From positions 1-46,410 of IMG/VR virus record IMGVR_UViG_2721755497_000002: a DNA stretch of 46,410 nucleotides; one strand, 5' to 3'. This DNA is from a virus (Duplodnaviria > Heunggongvirae > Uroviricota > Caudoviricetes). A program made the position numbers and the translations under genes. Shown in pieces: positions 25,170-35,003 of the stretch (the stretch's first letter is position 1; each line of letters opens with the position of its first letter). The notes under the pieces are model-generated. The model was not told where the DNA came from. It made no database searches and saw only the letters and a list, made by a program, of their open reading frames with translations.

Positions 25170-25200
25170 TGTCCACGGGGCGGGTCGGCGCGGAAAAAGG
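25170..25200. other. Candidate cos site (cosN-like GC-rich patch CACGGGGCGGGTCGGCGCGG in AT-rich DNA, followed by cosB-like sequence)
   Basis: Resembles lambda cosN region (ACGGGGCGGCGACCT ... CGTCAT ... AACTTA ... TGTTTTTA) as recalled; lies about 190 bp upstream of terS. Confidence 0.45.
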
Positions 25201-25381
25201 CGCATTTTTGTGATTTTATCGTCATCATCATCATGTGTGTAACTTATTGTTTTTAATTGTTTTGATGCAAAAAAGATGATGAATGTGGTTGATTTTTGTT
25301 CGATATCTTTGTGGGGGCGGTATTTCTTTACAAAAAAAACAGAGTCACTTCTGTTTTGCGGGTTACGTGGAGGACGTGTAA

Positions 25382-25858
25382 ATGGACGGCGAGCTGAAAA
25401 ATATGAAGTTAAATATTAATCAACTGGCATCCCTTTCAGGCCTGCACCGGCAGACTGTTACCGCAAGAATGGCAGATGTTCCTCTTGCACCAGGCAGCAA
25501 TGAGAAGAAAAAACTTTATTTCCTGACGGATTTGATTACCTCGCTGCTGGAAAAAACACCATCCACCGAAGATGAGGAGATGAATCCACACGATCGCAAG
25601 GCATGGTATCAGTCCGAGCGCGAGCGCCTTAAATTTCAGCATGAAACTGCTCAGCTTGTGCCCGTCAGTGATGTCAGGCGGTCGTTTTCCGTCGTGGTGA
25701 AAGCCATTGTGCAGATACTGGAAACCTGGCCTGACAGGCTGGAAAGGGACAGGGGGTGGACTGCATCACAACTGAACGAAGTGCAGATCGTTGTTGATGA
25801 GATCCGTGACACGCTGGAAAAGGCAGTGATTGCCTGCTGTGATGAGGCTGATATGTGA
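25382..25858 (+). CDS. Terminase small subunit (Nu1-like, winged HTH)
   Basis: 158 aa; GGAGG Shine-Dalgarno; stop overlaps terL start (ATGTGA). Confidence 0.75.
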   Translation: MDGELKNMKLNINQLASLSGLHRQTVTARMADVPLAPGSNEKKKLYFLTDLITSLLEKTPSTEDEEMNPHDRKAWYQSERERLKFQHETAQLVPVSDVRRSFSVVVKAIVQILETWPDRLERDRGWTASQLNEVQIVVDEIRDTLEKAVIACCDEADM

Positions 25859-27978
25859 ATCCGGTTAACGAGTGCCATAGCCGCGCATCCGATATCTGGC
25901 GCGAAGTGGCCTCGCTGTTTCGCCCACCTGGCCGGTTACCTGTGGCGGAAGCCATCAGGCGTTATATGCGGGTACCACGGGGAGCCAATACTTCCGGTCC
26001 GTGGGAGTCATCGCTGACGCCCTATATGATTGACCCCATTAATACATTATCAGCCCGTGAATATGACGCGGTGGTGTTTGTGGGACCGGCGCGAACCGGG
26101 AAAACCGAAGGGCTGATTGATGGCTGGATTGTGTACGGCATCATCTGTGATCCGGCGGATATGCTGGTGGTGCAGATGACCGAGACCAAGGCGCGTGAGC
26201 ATTCCAGAACGCGTCTTTCCAGGACGTTTCGTCACAGCCCGGAGGTCTGCAAACGCCTCAGTCCTTCCCGTAATGACAACAACGTCCACGATAAAATGTT
26301 TCTTGACGGCTCCTTCCTGAAGATTGGCTGGCCGTCGATCACCGTATTTTCCTCTTCGGATTACCGTCGTGTGGCGCTGACGGATTATGACCGTTTTCCT
26401 GAGAACGTTGACGGTGAAGGGGATGCCTTCACCCTGGCATCAAAGCGTACCACCACCTTTATGTCCTCAGGGATGACCCTGGTCGAAAGTTCACCCGGGC
26501 GGGATATCACTGACACCAAATGGCGATGTGGTGGTGCACATGAGGCTCCGCCAACAACGGGGATCCTGTCGCTGTATAACCGGGGAGACCGCCGCCGGTG
26601 GTACTGGCCGTGTCCGCACTGCGGGGAATATTTTCAGCCGGTGATGGATAACATGACCGGCTACCGGAATAACCCCGATTTTGTGGCTGCAGGTCAGGCT
26701 GCCCGTCTGATGTGCCCGCACTGTCGTGGGCTGATTGCCCCGGAGCAGAAACGTGAACTGAATAACCAGGGGATCTGGCTTCGTGAAGGTGAACGGGCGG
26801 CGGCGGACGGCAGTATCACCGGAACACCACGAAATTCCAGGATTGCGTCATTCTGGATGGAGGGTCCGGCTGCGGCGTTTCAGACCTGGGAACAACTGAT
26901 TTTTAAACTGCTGGCGGCAGAAGAAGAGTATGAGCGAACCGGCAGTGAAGAGACCCTGAAAGCGGTGGTGAACACCGATATCGGACGGCCCTATCTGCCC
27001 CGTTCAGCCACGGAACAGCGCAAAAGTGAGCTGCTTGAACAGCGTGCGGAGCCGGTTCCACGGCGATGTGTGCCGGATGGCGTGCGCTTCATTGAGGCAA
27101 CAGTGGACGTACAGGGCGGTAAAAACAGACGTTTTGTGGTGCAGATCACCGGATACGGAGAACAGGGAGAACGCTGGATTGTTGATCGCTACAACATCCG
27201 GCATTCACTGCGATGCAGTCCCAACGGTGAAAGTCTGCTGGTTGATCCGGCGGCATATCCGGAGGACTGGGATTTGTTGCTGACGGATGTGTTCCATAAA
27301 ACATGGCCGCTGGCGTCTGATCCGGATGTGCGCATGCGGCTGATGGCCATGGCGGTGGATACGGGCGGTGAAGCCGGGGTGACGGATAACGCCTATCGTT
27401 TCTGGCGGCAGTGCCGCCGCGAAGGGCTGGGTAACCGGGTGTTTCTGTTCAAGGGTGATGGCCTGCGTCGCGACAGACTGATTAACCGTACTTTCCCGGA
27501 TAACACCGGCAGAAGTGCCCGCCGTGCCAGGGCCAGCGGTGATGTTGCCCTGTGGCTGGTGCAGACCGATGCGTTTAAGGACCGGGTGAATAATGCCCTG
27601 TGGCGTGACACACCTGGGCCTAACTATATCCACTTTCCCGACTGGCTGGGGCGGTGGTTTTTCGATGAACTGACCTATGAGGAGCGCGGCAGTGACGGAA
27701 AATGGCGAAAACCGGGCAGGGGCGCTAACGAAGCGTTTGACCTGCTGGTCTACGCGGATGCGCTTGCCGTTCTGCATGGTTACGAAAAGATCCGCTGGTC
27801 GTCTGCACCTGACTGGGCACAACGGGAAACGTGGCTTGTCGGTCCGGAGGAGCGTTCAGGGCTGACAACATCACGGGCGCTGCCGGGAAGGAAAGAAAAA
27901 CGCCGTCACCGGCAGGAAAAGCTGCGCACAGAGCGTGCAGAGGATAATCCGTGGATAACATCAGGAGGCTGGTTGTGA
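25855..27978 (+). CDS. Terminase large subunit (lambda gpA-like)
   Basis: 707 aa; Walker A VGPARTGKT; lambda A-like length and order. Confidence 0.9.
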   Translation: MNPVNECHSRASDIWREVASLFRPPGRLPVAEAIRRYMRVPRGANTSGPWESSLTPYMIDPINTLSAREYDAVVFVGPARTGKTEGLIDGWIVYGIICDPADMLVVQMTETKAREHSRTRLSRTFRHSPEVCKRLSPSRNDNNVHDKMFLDGSFLKIGWPSITVFSSSDYRRVALTDYDRFPENVDGEGDAFTLASKRTTTFMSSGMTLVESSPGRDITDTKWRCGGAHEAPPTTGILSLYNRGDRRRWYWPCPHCGEYFQPVMDNMTGYRNNPDFVAAGQAARLMCPHCRGLIAPEQKRELNNQGIWLREGERAAADGSITGTPRNSRIASFWMEGPAAAFQTWEQLIFKLLAAEEEYERTGSEETLKAVVNTDIGRPYLPRSATEQRKSELLEQRAEPVPRRCVPDGVRFIEATVDVQGGKNRRFVVQITGYGEQGERWIVDRYNIRHSLRCSPNGESLLVDPAAYPEDWDLLLTDVFHKTWPLASDPDVRMRLMAMAVDTGGEAGVTDNAYRFWRQCRREGLGNRVFLFKGDGLRRDRLINRTFPDNTGRSARRARASGDVALWLVQTDAFKDRVNNALWRDTPGPNYIHFPDWLGRWFFDELTYEERGSDGKWRKPGRGANEAFDLLVYADALAVLHGYEKIRWSSAPDWAQRETWLVGPEERSGLTTSRALPGRKEKRRHRQEKLRTERAEDNPWITSGGWL

Positions 27979-28187
27979 GTATTGATGATGTCAGGAACAT
28001 GATACAGAGGTACCGCGATGCGGAAATGGCGGTACTGGAGGGAAAATCTGTCACGTTTAACGGGCAGCAACTGACGCTGGAAAGTCTGTCCCAGATCCGC
28101 GCCGGTCGTCAGGAGTGGGAGCGAAGACTTACGGCGATGGTGAACCGCAGACGGGGGGAGCCCGGGTTTAAACTGGCGAGGTTCTGA
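27975..28187 (+). CDS. W: Head-tail joining protein W-like
   Basis: GTG start overlapping terL stop after GGAGG; C-terminus RRRGEPGF resembles lambda gpW. Confidence 0.65.
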   Translation: MSIDDVRNMIQRYRDAEMAVLEGKSVTFNGQQLTLESLSQIRAGRQEWERRLTAMVNRRRGEPGFKLARF

Positions 28188-29692
28188 TGGCGATTAGCGA
28201 TGATGTGATTGGTTTTTTCTCGCCCGGCTGGAAAGCAGCGCGATTACGCTCAAGGGCGTTAATTATGGCCTATGAGGCCGTGAAACCCACCAGGACGCAT
28301 AAAGCACGCCGGGAAAACCGTTCTGCTGATCAGCTCAGTAAATACGGTGCGGTTTCCCTTCGGGAGCAGGCCCGCTTTCTGGATATCAATCATGACCTGG
28401 TGATAGGCGTGTTTGACAAGCTGGAGGAGCGGGTGATTGGTGCTAAGGGGATCACCGTTGAGCCTCATCCGGTACTGAAAAACGGGAAGATTGCGGCGGA
28501 GCTGGCAGCGGATATCCGGCGGCTGTGGGCGGAATGGTCTGTCAGTCCGGATGTGACCGGACAGTACACCCGTCCCATGCTTGAACGTCTTCTGCTGCGC
28601 ACCTGGCTGCGGGACGGGGAAGTGTTTGCGCAGATGGTCAGTGGTGCGGCAGGCGGTCTTAAGCGGTCTGCCGGTGTGCCTTTCTGGCTTGAGGCGATGG
28701 AGCCGGATTTTGTGCCCATGCGCAGTGATGAGTCTGCCGGACTGAATCAGGGCGTTTTTCTGGATGAGTGGGGCAGGCCGAAAAAATATCTGGTTTACAA
28801 AAATTATCCGGTTTCCGGGATACAGAGTGATACCAAAGAGATCGCCGCAGACAATATGGTGCATCTGAAATTCACCCGCCGCCTGCACCAGACGCGCGGT
28901 GCGTCCATGCTGTCCGGCGTGATGGTGCGTATCAGTGCCCTTAAGGAATATGAAGATGCCGAACTGACAGCGGCGCGTATTGCTGCGGCGCTGGGGCTGT
29001 ATATCCGTAAGGGGGATGGACAGGATTACGACGATCAGGGAGCAGATAAAAAAGAAGAGCGTGAAGTGCATATCACCCCGGGCATTATCTATGACGATTT
29101 GCGCAAGGGTGAGGATATCGGCATGGTCAAATCCGACCGTCCTAATCCCAATCTTGAAAATTTTCGTAATGGTCAGTTGCGTGCGGTGGCTGCAGGCAGT
29201 CGTCTGAGCTTTTCCAGTACCGCACGCAACTACAACGGCACCTACAGTGCCCAGCGGCAGGAACTGGTGGAGTCCACTGACGGTTATCTTATCCTGCAGG
29301 ACTGCTTTATTGGCGCGGTAACCCGACCGGTGTACCGGGCATGGCTGAATATGGTGGTTGCTGCCGGTCTGCTGAAAATCCCGTCTGGCCTGGATATGAA
29401 GACGTTATATAACGCGACGTATTCCGGTCCGGTGATGCCGTGGATAGATCCGGTTAAGGAGGCTGAAGCCTGGCGGATACAGATCCGGGGCGGTGCCGCG
29501 ACGGAATCCGACTGGGTACGTGCCGGCGGACGTCATCCGGATGAGGTTAAACGTCGCCGCAAGGCTGAAATTGATGAAAACAGCAGACTGGGGCTGGTCT
29601 TTGATACTGACCCCGTCAACGACAAAGGAGGCAACAGTGCCGGAACTGAACGACAGCATCAGCGCGACACCGAAAGCCAGCATGAAGAATAA
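28187..29692 (+). CDS. B: Portal protein (lambda gpB-like)
   Basis: 501-aa ORF following W with overlapping TGATG; lambda B-like. Confidence 0.85.
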   Translation: MAISDDVIGFFSPGWKAARLRSRALIMAYEAVKPTRTHKARRENRSADQLSKYGAVSLREQARFLDINHDLVIGVFDKLEERVIGAKGITVEPHPVLKNGKIAAELAADIRRLWAEWSVSPDVTGQYTRPMLERLLLRTWLRDGEVFAQMVSGAAGGLKRSAGVPFWLEAMEPDFVPMRSDESAGLNQGVFLDEWGRPKKYLVYKNYPVSGIQSDTKEIAADNMVHLKFTRRLHQTRGASMLSGVMVRISALKEYEDAELTAARIAAALGLYIRKGDGQDYDDQGADKKEEREVHITPGIIYDDLRKGEDIGMVKSDRPNPNLENFRNGQLRAVAAGSRLSFSSTARNYNGTYSAQRQELVESTDGYLILQDCFIGAVTRPVYRAWLNMVVAAGLLKIPSGLDMKTLYNATYSGPVMPWIDPVKEAEAWRIQIRGGAATESDWVRAGGRHPDEVKRRRKAEIDENSRLGLVFDTDPVNDKGGNSAGTERQHQRDTESQHEE

Positions 29693-31661
29693 ATCCTGGT
29701 TCAGGATGCAGGCTGGGGGGCCGGGTGACGCGGATATTTATATTTATGACGAGATTGGTTTCTGGGGAGTTACCGCGAAGCAGTTTGTCTGCGATCTGAA
29801 TGCTCTGGGTGATATCACCCACATTAATCTCCATATCAACTCACCGGGTGGCGATGTCTTTGAAGGCATCGCCATTTTTAATGCCCTGAAAAATCAGGGG
29901 GCGACCATTACCGTGTATGTGGATGGCGTTGCCGCATCGATGGCATCCGTGATTGCGATGGCCGGTGATACGGTCATTATGCCGGAAAATTCTTTCATGA
30001 TGATCCATAAGCCATGGGGCTTCAGTGGGGGGGATGCTGAGGATATGCGCAGTTATGCCGATCTGCTGGATAAAGTCGAATCGGTACTGTTGCCAGCCTA
30101 TGCGCAAAAAACAGGAAAAACCACCGATGAAATTGCCGCCATGCTGGCGGATGAGACCTGGATGTCAGGTGCCGAGTGTCTGGCACACGGATTTGCTGAC
30201 CAGGTGACGCCAGCCGTTAAGGCAATGGCATGTATTCAGTCAAAACGTACAGAGGAATTTAAAAAGATGCCGGAATCCATCCGAAACATGATTACTCCGC
30301 CACGCAACAGTGCCCCGCATGATACCACAGTGACAATCCCTGCACCGGCGGTAACCGAACCATCGCCGGTACCGGCAGTGGCTGATGAAGCGACCATTCG
30401 CGCCGGTGTTCTGGCGGAGCAGAAAGCCCGTATGTCAGGCATTAACGATCTGTTCGCCATGTTTGGCGGTCGCTATCAGGCGCTTCAGGCACAGTGCGTG
30501 GCCGATCCTGACTGTTCGCTGGAAATGGCCCGTGAACGTCTGCTGAATGAAATGGGCAAGGAGTCCTCGCCGACCAACAAAAACACACCGGCCCATATTT
30601 ATGCCGGAAACGGTAATTTTGTGGGAGACGGGATCCGCCAGGCGCTGATGGCCCGCGCCGGATTTGAGACTACGGAGAAGGATAATGCCTATAACGGTAT
30701 GACCCTGCGTGAATGCGCCCGTATGTCACTGACAGAGCGGGGGATCGGGGTGGCCAGTTATAACCCCATGCAGATGGTGGGGCTGGCGCTGACGCACAGT
30801 ACCTCAGATTTTGGCAATATTCTGCTGGATGTGTCGAATAAGGGGTTAATCCAGGGCTGGGAGGAATCAGAAGAAACCTTCCAGAAATGGACCCGCAAAG
30901 GTCGCCTGTCTGACTTCAAAACGGCATACCGTGTGGGGATGGGGGGCTTTGGCTCACTGCGTCAGGTACGGGAAGGGGCGGAGTACAAATACATCACCAC
31001 CTCAGACCGCAAGGAGACCATTGCACTGGCGACCTACGGGGAAATTTTCTCCATCACCCGTCAGGCCATTATCAATGATGACCTGAATATGCTGGTGGAT
31101 GTCCCGATGAAGATGGGGCGTGCCGCGAAGGCAACGATTGGCGATCTAGTGTATGACGTGCTGACAAAAAATCCGAAACTGTCAGACGGTAAGGCGTTGT
31201 TCCATGCCGATCACCAGAATATTGCCACCGGCGGGATCTCCGTTTCCGGTCTGGATGCGGCACGGCAGATGATGCGCCTGCAGAAAGAGGGCAATCGTGC
31301 GCTGAATATCCGTCCGGCCTTCATGCTGGTACCGGTGGCGCTGGAGACGGTGGCAAACCAGACCATCAAATCGGTCAGTGTGAAAGGGGCGGATGCAAAC
31401 GCCGGTGTCATTAACCCGATCCAGAACTTTGCCGAAGTGATTGCGGAAGCGCGTCTTGATGCGGCAGATCCGAAAACCTGGTACCTGGCTGCGGCACAGG
31501 GGACCGACACCATTGAAGTGGCCTGGCTCGATGGTGTGGACACCCCCTACATTGACCAGCAGGAGGGTTTCACCACTGACGGTATTGCCACAAAAATCCG
31601 TATCGATGCCGGTGTGGCACCGCTTGACTGGCGCGGACTGGTACGTTCATCCGCTGCCTGA
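29637..31661 (+). CDS. Prohead protease (ClpP/S49-like) fused to major capsid protein
   Basis: ORF 29493..31661; probable GTG start 29637 after AAAGGAGG; N-terminal ClpP-like motifs (NSPGGDVFEGIAIFNAL), C-terminal capsid-like domain. Confidence 0.75.
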   Translation: MPELNDSISATPKASMKNKSWFRMQAGGPGDADIYIYDEIGFWGVTAKQFVCDLNALGDITHINLHINSPGGDVFEGIAIFNALKNQGATITVYVDGVAASMASVIAMAGDTVIMPENSFMMIHKPWGFSGGDAEDMRSYADLLDKVESVLLPAYAQKTGKTTDEIAAMLADETWMSGAECLAHGFADQVTPAVKAMACIQSKRTEEFKKMPESIRNMITPPRNSAPHDTTVTIPAPAVTEPSPVPAVADEATIRAGVLAEQKARMSGINDLFAMFGGRYQALQAQCVADPDCSLEMARERLLNEMGKESSPTNKNTPAHIYAGNGNFVGDGIRQALMARAGFETTEKDNAYNGMTLRECARMSLTERGIGVASYNPMQMVGLALTHSTSDFGNILLDVSNKGLIQGWEESEETFQKWTRKGRLSDFKTAYRVGMGGFGSLRQVREGAEYKYITTSDRKETIALATYGEIFSITRQAIINDDLNMLVDVPMKMGRAAKATIGDLVYDVLTKNPKLSDGKALFHADHQNIATGGISVSGLDAARQMMRLQKEGNRALNIRPAFMLVPVALETVANQTIKSVSVKGADANAGVINPIQNFAEVIAEARLDAADPKTWYLAAAQGTDTIEVAWLDGVDTPYIDQQEGFTTDGIATKIRIDAGVAPLDWRGLVRSSAA

Positions 31662-31663
31662 TA

Positions 31664-31703
31664 AGCCCTGCGACACAATCCCTGCCCGAAAGGGCTTTTT
31701 TTA
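31664..31703 (+). terminator. Terminator-like hairpin + T7 after the capsid gene
   Basis: AGCCCT...AGGGCT followed by TTTTTTT; second hairpin CAGCCCCCCCGGGGGCTG just downstream. Confidence 0.5.
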
Positions 31704-31748
31704 TGCCTGAAAACAGCCCCCCCGGGGGCTGTCCGGAGAGACAGCATT

Positions 31749-32075
31749 ATGGCTAAAAATTTTGTACAGGACGGCACCACCATTGAACTAGTGAATGCCG
31801 GGGATCAGACCATTCTGAGCGGTGCCGCTGTGGTGGTTGGCAGCATGGTGGCGGTGGCCATTACCGATATTCCTGCCGGGGAAACCGGTGACGGGTTCGC
31901 CGAAGGCGTGTTCCTGCTGCCAAAACAGTCTGCCGACGATATTCAGGCCGGTGTGGCGGTTTATCTGAAGGACGGGACTGTGCAGCCTGTCGCAGACGGC
32001 GCTGTGGCGGCGGGGATGGCATGGGAGCATGCGCCGTCAGGCACCACCACGGTGGCGGTCAAAATCAATGCCTGA
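31749..32075 (+). CDS. DUF2190-like head decoration/stabilisation protein (candidate)
   Basis: 108-aa Gly/Ala/Val-rich ORF immediately after the capsid gene. Confidence 0.55.
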   Translation: MAKNFVQDGTTIELVNAGDQTILSGAAVVVGSMVAVAITDIPAGETGDGFAEGVFLLPKQSADDIQAGVAVYLKDGTVQPVADGAVAAGMAWEHAPSGTTTVAVKINA

Positions 32076-32349
32076 TCTGTTTGCGCGAATGTGCCACCGG
32101 ATGGACCTGGCGACCGTACGCATGATGGGGAAAACGGCGGAGATTAACGGCATCAGTTATGACGTGATACCGGAGTATGAGTCTGCGGATATGGGGGCGC
32201 TTTCCGGCAGTCAGTTATCACTGGTGGTGTTTTCAGCGCAGTACCGGCCTGCCCGCGATGATGTGGTTGTGTTTGACGGTCGCTCACTGGTGGTGACCCG
32301 TTATGACACGTACAACGGTAAACCCCGGATTTTTGTCGAACAGGAGTAA
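32068..32349 (+). CDS. Head-tail joining protein (FII-position)
   Basis: Internal ATG of ORF 32029..32349 overlapping upstream stop; position as lambda FII. Confidence 0.5.
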   Translation: MPDLFARMCHRMDLATVRMMGKTAEINGISYDVIPEYESADMGALSGSQLSLVVFSAQYRPARDDVVVFDGRSLVVTRYDTYNGKPRIFVEQE

Positions 32350-32351
32350 GT

Positions 32352-32978
32352 ATGGCGATAAAAGGTCTGGCGCAGGCCATGAAAAATCTGGATGCGATTA
32401 ACCGCCGTGCCGTTCCCCGGGCTGCCGCCACGACGCTTAACCGCGTGGCGGAGTCCATCATCGCGAAAACGGCCTCTTCGGTTGCCCGGGATCTGGCGGT
32501 CCCACGCCGTCTTATCCGTGAGCGTATCCGCCTGCAACGGGCCAGCGAAGACAGGGTTTATGCGAAGGTCATCATCAACACCGGTAATCTGCCCGCCATA
32601 AAACTGGGGACGGCCAGCGTGCGGCTTTCCCGCAGAAAGCGGCGAAAGAAAGGCGAGCGATCGGTCACGAAAGGCGGTGGCAGCGTGCTGATTGTCGGGA
32701 AACGGCGGATCCCGAATGCCTTTATTACCCGGCTGGAAAATGGCCGGTGGCATGTGATGCAGCGTATGCCGTGGGCGTCGTCGTCAACCGGTGTTGACCG
32801 TAAGGGCAGGCCAGCGCGTTATCGTCTGCCGGTTGAAGTGGTGAAAATACCGACGGTAAAACCGCTGACAGAAACCTTTGAGCGTGAACGTGACCGGATG
32901 TACCGGGAAAAATTACCGGAACAGATGATGAAAGCCATGGCGTATCAGTTGCGTCTTGTTATGAAACGAAAACTGTAA
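32352..32978 (+). CDS. Tail completion protein (Z-position)
   Basis: 208-aa basic protein between FII-like and U. Confidence 0.5.
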   Translation: MAIKGLAQAMKNLDAINRRAVPRAAATTLNRVAESIIAKTASSVARDLAVPRRLIRERIRLQRASEDRVYAKVIINTGNLPAIKLGTASVRLSRRKRRKKGERSVTKGGGSVLIVGKRRIPNAFITRLENGRWHVMQRMPWASSSTGVDRKGRPARYRLPVEVVKIPTVKPLTETFERERDRMYREKLPEQMMKAMAYQLRLVMKRKL

Positions 32979-32987
32979 GGAGGTGGA

Positions 32988-33386
32988 ATGAAACACCGGG
33001 AAATACGGGCGGCAGTTCTGTCTGCCCTGAAGGCAAATATTACTGAGCAGGTGACCTGGTTTGACGGGCGACCTGTTTTTATTGACGAGCAGGAACTTCC
33101 GGCAGTGGCGGTCTATCTGACTGACGCGTCAGCGGCTGACGAGTTCGTGGATGAGGACACCTGGGAGGCGGTACTGCATATCGAAGTGTTTCTCAGGGCG
33201 AAAGAGACGGACTCGGCAATGGATACATGGATGGAAGAAAAAATTTTTCCGGCGATGGAAGGGGGGCCCGGTCTCAGTTCGTTACTGCTGAAAATGAACC
33301 TTCAGGGGTACGACTACCGCCGCGATGATGAGTTCATGATGTGGGGATCGGCAGATCTCCGGTGGAATATTACCTACGAAATGTGA
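32988..33386 (+). CDS. U: Tail terminator protein U
   Basis: 132 aa; [14 protein letters not shown]...GYDYRRDDE...ITYEM closely parallels lambda gpU. Confidence 0.85.
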   Translation: MKHREIRAAVLSALKANITEQVTWFDGRPVFIDEQELPAVAVYLTDASAADEFVDEDTWEAVLHIEVFLRAKETDSAMDTWMEEKIFPAMEGGPGLSSLLLKMNLQGYDYRRDDEFMMWGSADLRWNITYEM

Positions 33387-33393
33387 GGACGCT

Positions 33394-34152
33394 ATGCCAA
33401 CACCTAATCCCCTTGAGCCGGTAAAAGGCTCAGGCACCACACTCTGGCTTTATTCCGGGCAGGGTGACCCATATGCAAATCCGCTTTCTGATGATGACTG
33501 GACGCGACTGGCGAAAATCAAGGATCTGACACCGGGAGAAATGACGGCAGAATCCTACGACGATAACTATCTGGATGATGAGGATGCCGACTGGGTATCC
33601 ACCGGGCAGGGGCTTAAATCAGCCGGTGACACCAGTTTTACGCTGGCCTGGAAACCCGGCGAAGCTGGTCAGCAGGCGCTGTTACGGTGGTTTGATGAGG
33701 GCGATTCCAGAGCCTACAAAATTCGTTTTCCCAATGGGACGGTGGATGTGTTCCGTGGCTGGGTGAGCAGTATCGGCAAGGCCGTCACCGCAAAAGAGGT
33801 GATCACCCGCACGGTGAAAGTCACCAATATCGGACGCCCGTCGCTGGCGGAGGACAGCGGGACCATCACGCCGGTGACGGGGATCACTGTCACACCGGCC
33901 ACGGCCTCAGTTGAGGCCGGGAAAACGGTGGAACTGACGGTGGCCGTACAGCCGGATACGGCATCGGACAAAACCTTCCGGGTGTCATCTGATCACAATA
34001 ATGTGGCGACGGTGACCGTGAAGGATAACGTCATCACGGTGAAAGGGGTGGCAAAAGGCACTGCACTTATTCCCATCATGAGCAATGGCGGCGCTTTTGC
34101 TGCAGTGGCCACCGTAACGGTCACCGTCCCTGCAGCACAACCCACCACGTAA
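33394..34152 (+). CDS. V: Major tail protein V with C-terminal Ig-like (Big_2) domain
   Basis: 252 aa; long runs identical to lambda gpV (e.g. [39 protein letters not shown]). Confidence 0.9.
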   Translation: MPTPNPLEPVKGSGTTLWLYSGQGDPYANPLSDDDWTRLAKIKDLTPGEMTAESYDDNYLDDEDADWVSTGQGLKSAGDTSFTLAWKPGEAGQQALLRWFDEGDSRAYKIRFPNGTVDVFRGWVSSIGKAVTAKEVITRTVKVTNIGRPSLAEDSGTITPVTGITVTPATASVEAGKTVELTVAVQPDTASDKTFRVSSDHNNVATVTVKDNVITVKGVAKGTALIPIMSNGGAFAAVATVTVTVPAAQPTT

Positions 34153-34170
34153 TTATCCCGGAGTGAATTC

Positions 34171-34587
34171 ATGTTTCTGAAAACTGAACCGTTTGAATAT
34201 AACGGGCAGAGCGTCACGCTCAGCGAACTGTCCGCCCTGCAGCGCCTTGAGTATCTTGCCTGGGTGAAGGAGAAGGAAGAACAGCGGGGTGATGCAGTCA
34301 GTGAGCAGCAGGCGCTTGATGATCTCGTCAGAGAGGGTGCCCTGCTGGTGGCGATGTCGCTCTGGCATAATCATGCGCTGAAAGGCACGTTACCCTCCCT
34401 GCGTCAGGAGACTGACAGGATCATGCAGGAGGTGCTGACCACCTGGCCTGTGGAGGCCATCGCCGCAGGCCGAAACGTGGTGGCCAGACTGAGCGGTATG
34501 TCCGCGCCTGTTGATGAATCCTCCGGGAAACAGGAGAAAAAACCGGCTGAACCGGTAACGGCAAAAAAGCGTACGAAGGCGAGCTGA
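34171..34587 (+). CDS. G: Tail assembly chaperone G
   Basis: 138 aa; MFLKTEPFEYNGQSVTLSELSALQR...VAMSLWHNH lambda G-like. Confidence 0.85.
   Translation: MFLKTEPFEYNGQSVTLSELSALQRLEYLAWVKEKEEQRGDAVSEQQALDDLVREGALLVAMSLWHNHALKGTLPSLRQETDRIMQEVLTTWPVEAIAAGRNVVARLSGMSAPVDESSGKQEKKPAEPVTAKKRTKAS
34563..34569 (+). promoter_or_regulatory. Programmed -1 ribosomal frameshift slippery heptamer A_AAA_AAG producing the G-T fusion
   Basis: Heptamer in G frame near G 3' end; -1 frame continues into the T ORF. Confidence 0.6.
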
Positions 34588-34613
34588 ATTTTGCCCTGAA
34601 ACTGGCGCGCGAG

Positions 34614-35003
34614 ATGGGGCGTCCTGACTGGCGCGCCATGCTTGCCGGGATGTCATCAACTGAATATGCCGACTGGTGTCATTTTTACCGCACGCATTAT
34701 TTTCACGATGCACAACTGGACATGCATTTTGCCGGGCTGACGTACGCTGTGCTCAGCCTGTTTTTTGCCGATCCACAGATGCATCCGTCTGACTTCAGTC
34801 TCCTGCGAGCGACGGAGAACGGGGAGGAAGAGGACGATGATGTGCTGATGCAAAAAGCAGCAGGGCTGGCTGGTGGTGTCCGTTATGGTCCGGATGGTGT
34901 GGTGGTGGAATATGACCGCCTGACACCCTTCGTGCATGAAGATGACGCCATGCTGATGACGGTATCAGAAGGTATCGCAGGAGGTGTCCGCTATGTCGGG
35001 TAA
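34614..35003 (+). CDS. T: Tail assembly protein T (expressed as G-T fusion by -1 frameshift)
   Basis: 129-aa ORF in -1 frame relative to G; lambda T-like. Confidence 0.8.
   Translation: MGRPDWRAMLAGMSSTEYADWCHFYRTHYFHDAQLDMHFAGLTYAVLSLFFADPQMHPSDFSLLRATENGEEEDDDVLMQKAAGLAGGVRYGPDGVVVEYDRLTPFVHEDDAMLMTVSEGIAGGVRYVG

Noticed and set aside
24259-25242. ORFs of 63-159 aa in the AT-rich region between Rz and terS; also checked for a bor-like lipoprotein
   Set aside because: Translations are low-complexity (Ile/Asn/Ser-rich) without signal peptide, lipobox or start context; the region is better explained as the cos/regulatory spacer.
27205-27822. 205-aa minus-strand ORF inside the terminase large subunit gene
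   Set aside because: Antisense to a gene with strong lambda gpA-like sequence and Walker A motif.
28259-29071. 270-aa minus-strand ORF inside the portal gene
   Set aside because: Antisense to the portal ORF; Arg/His-rich spurious frame.
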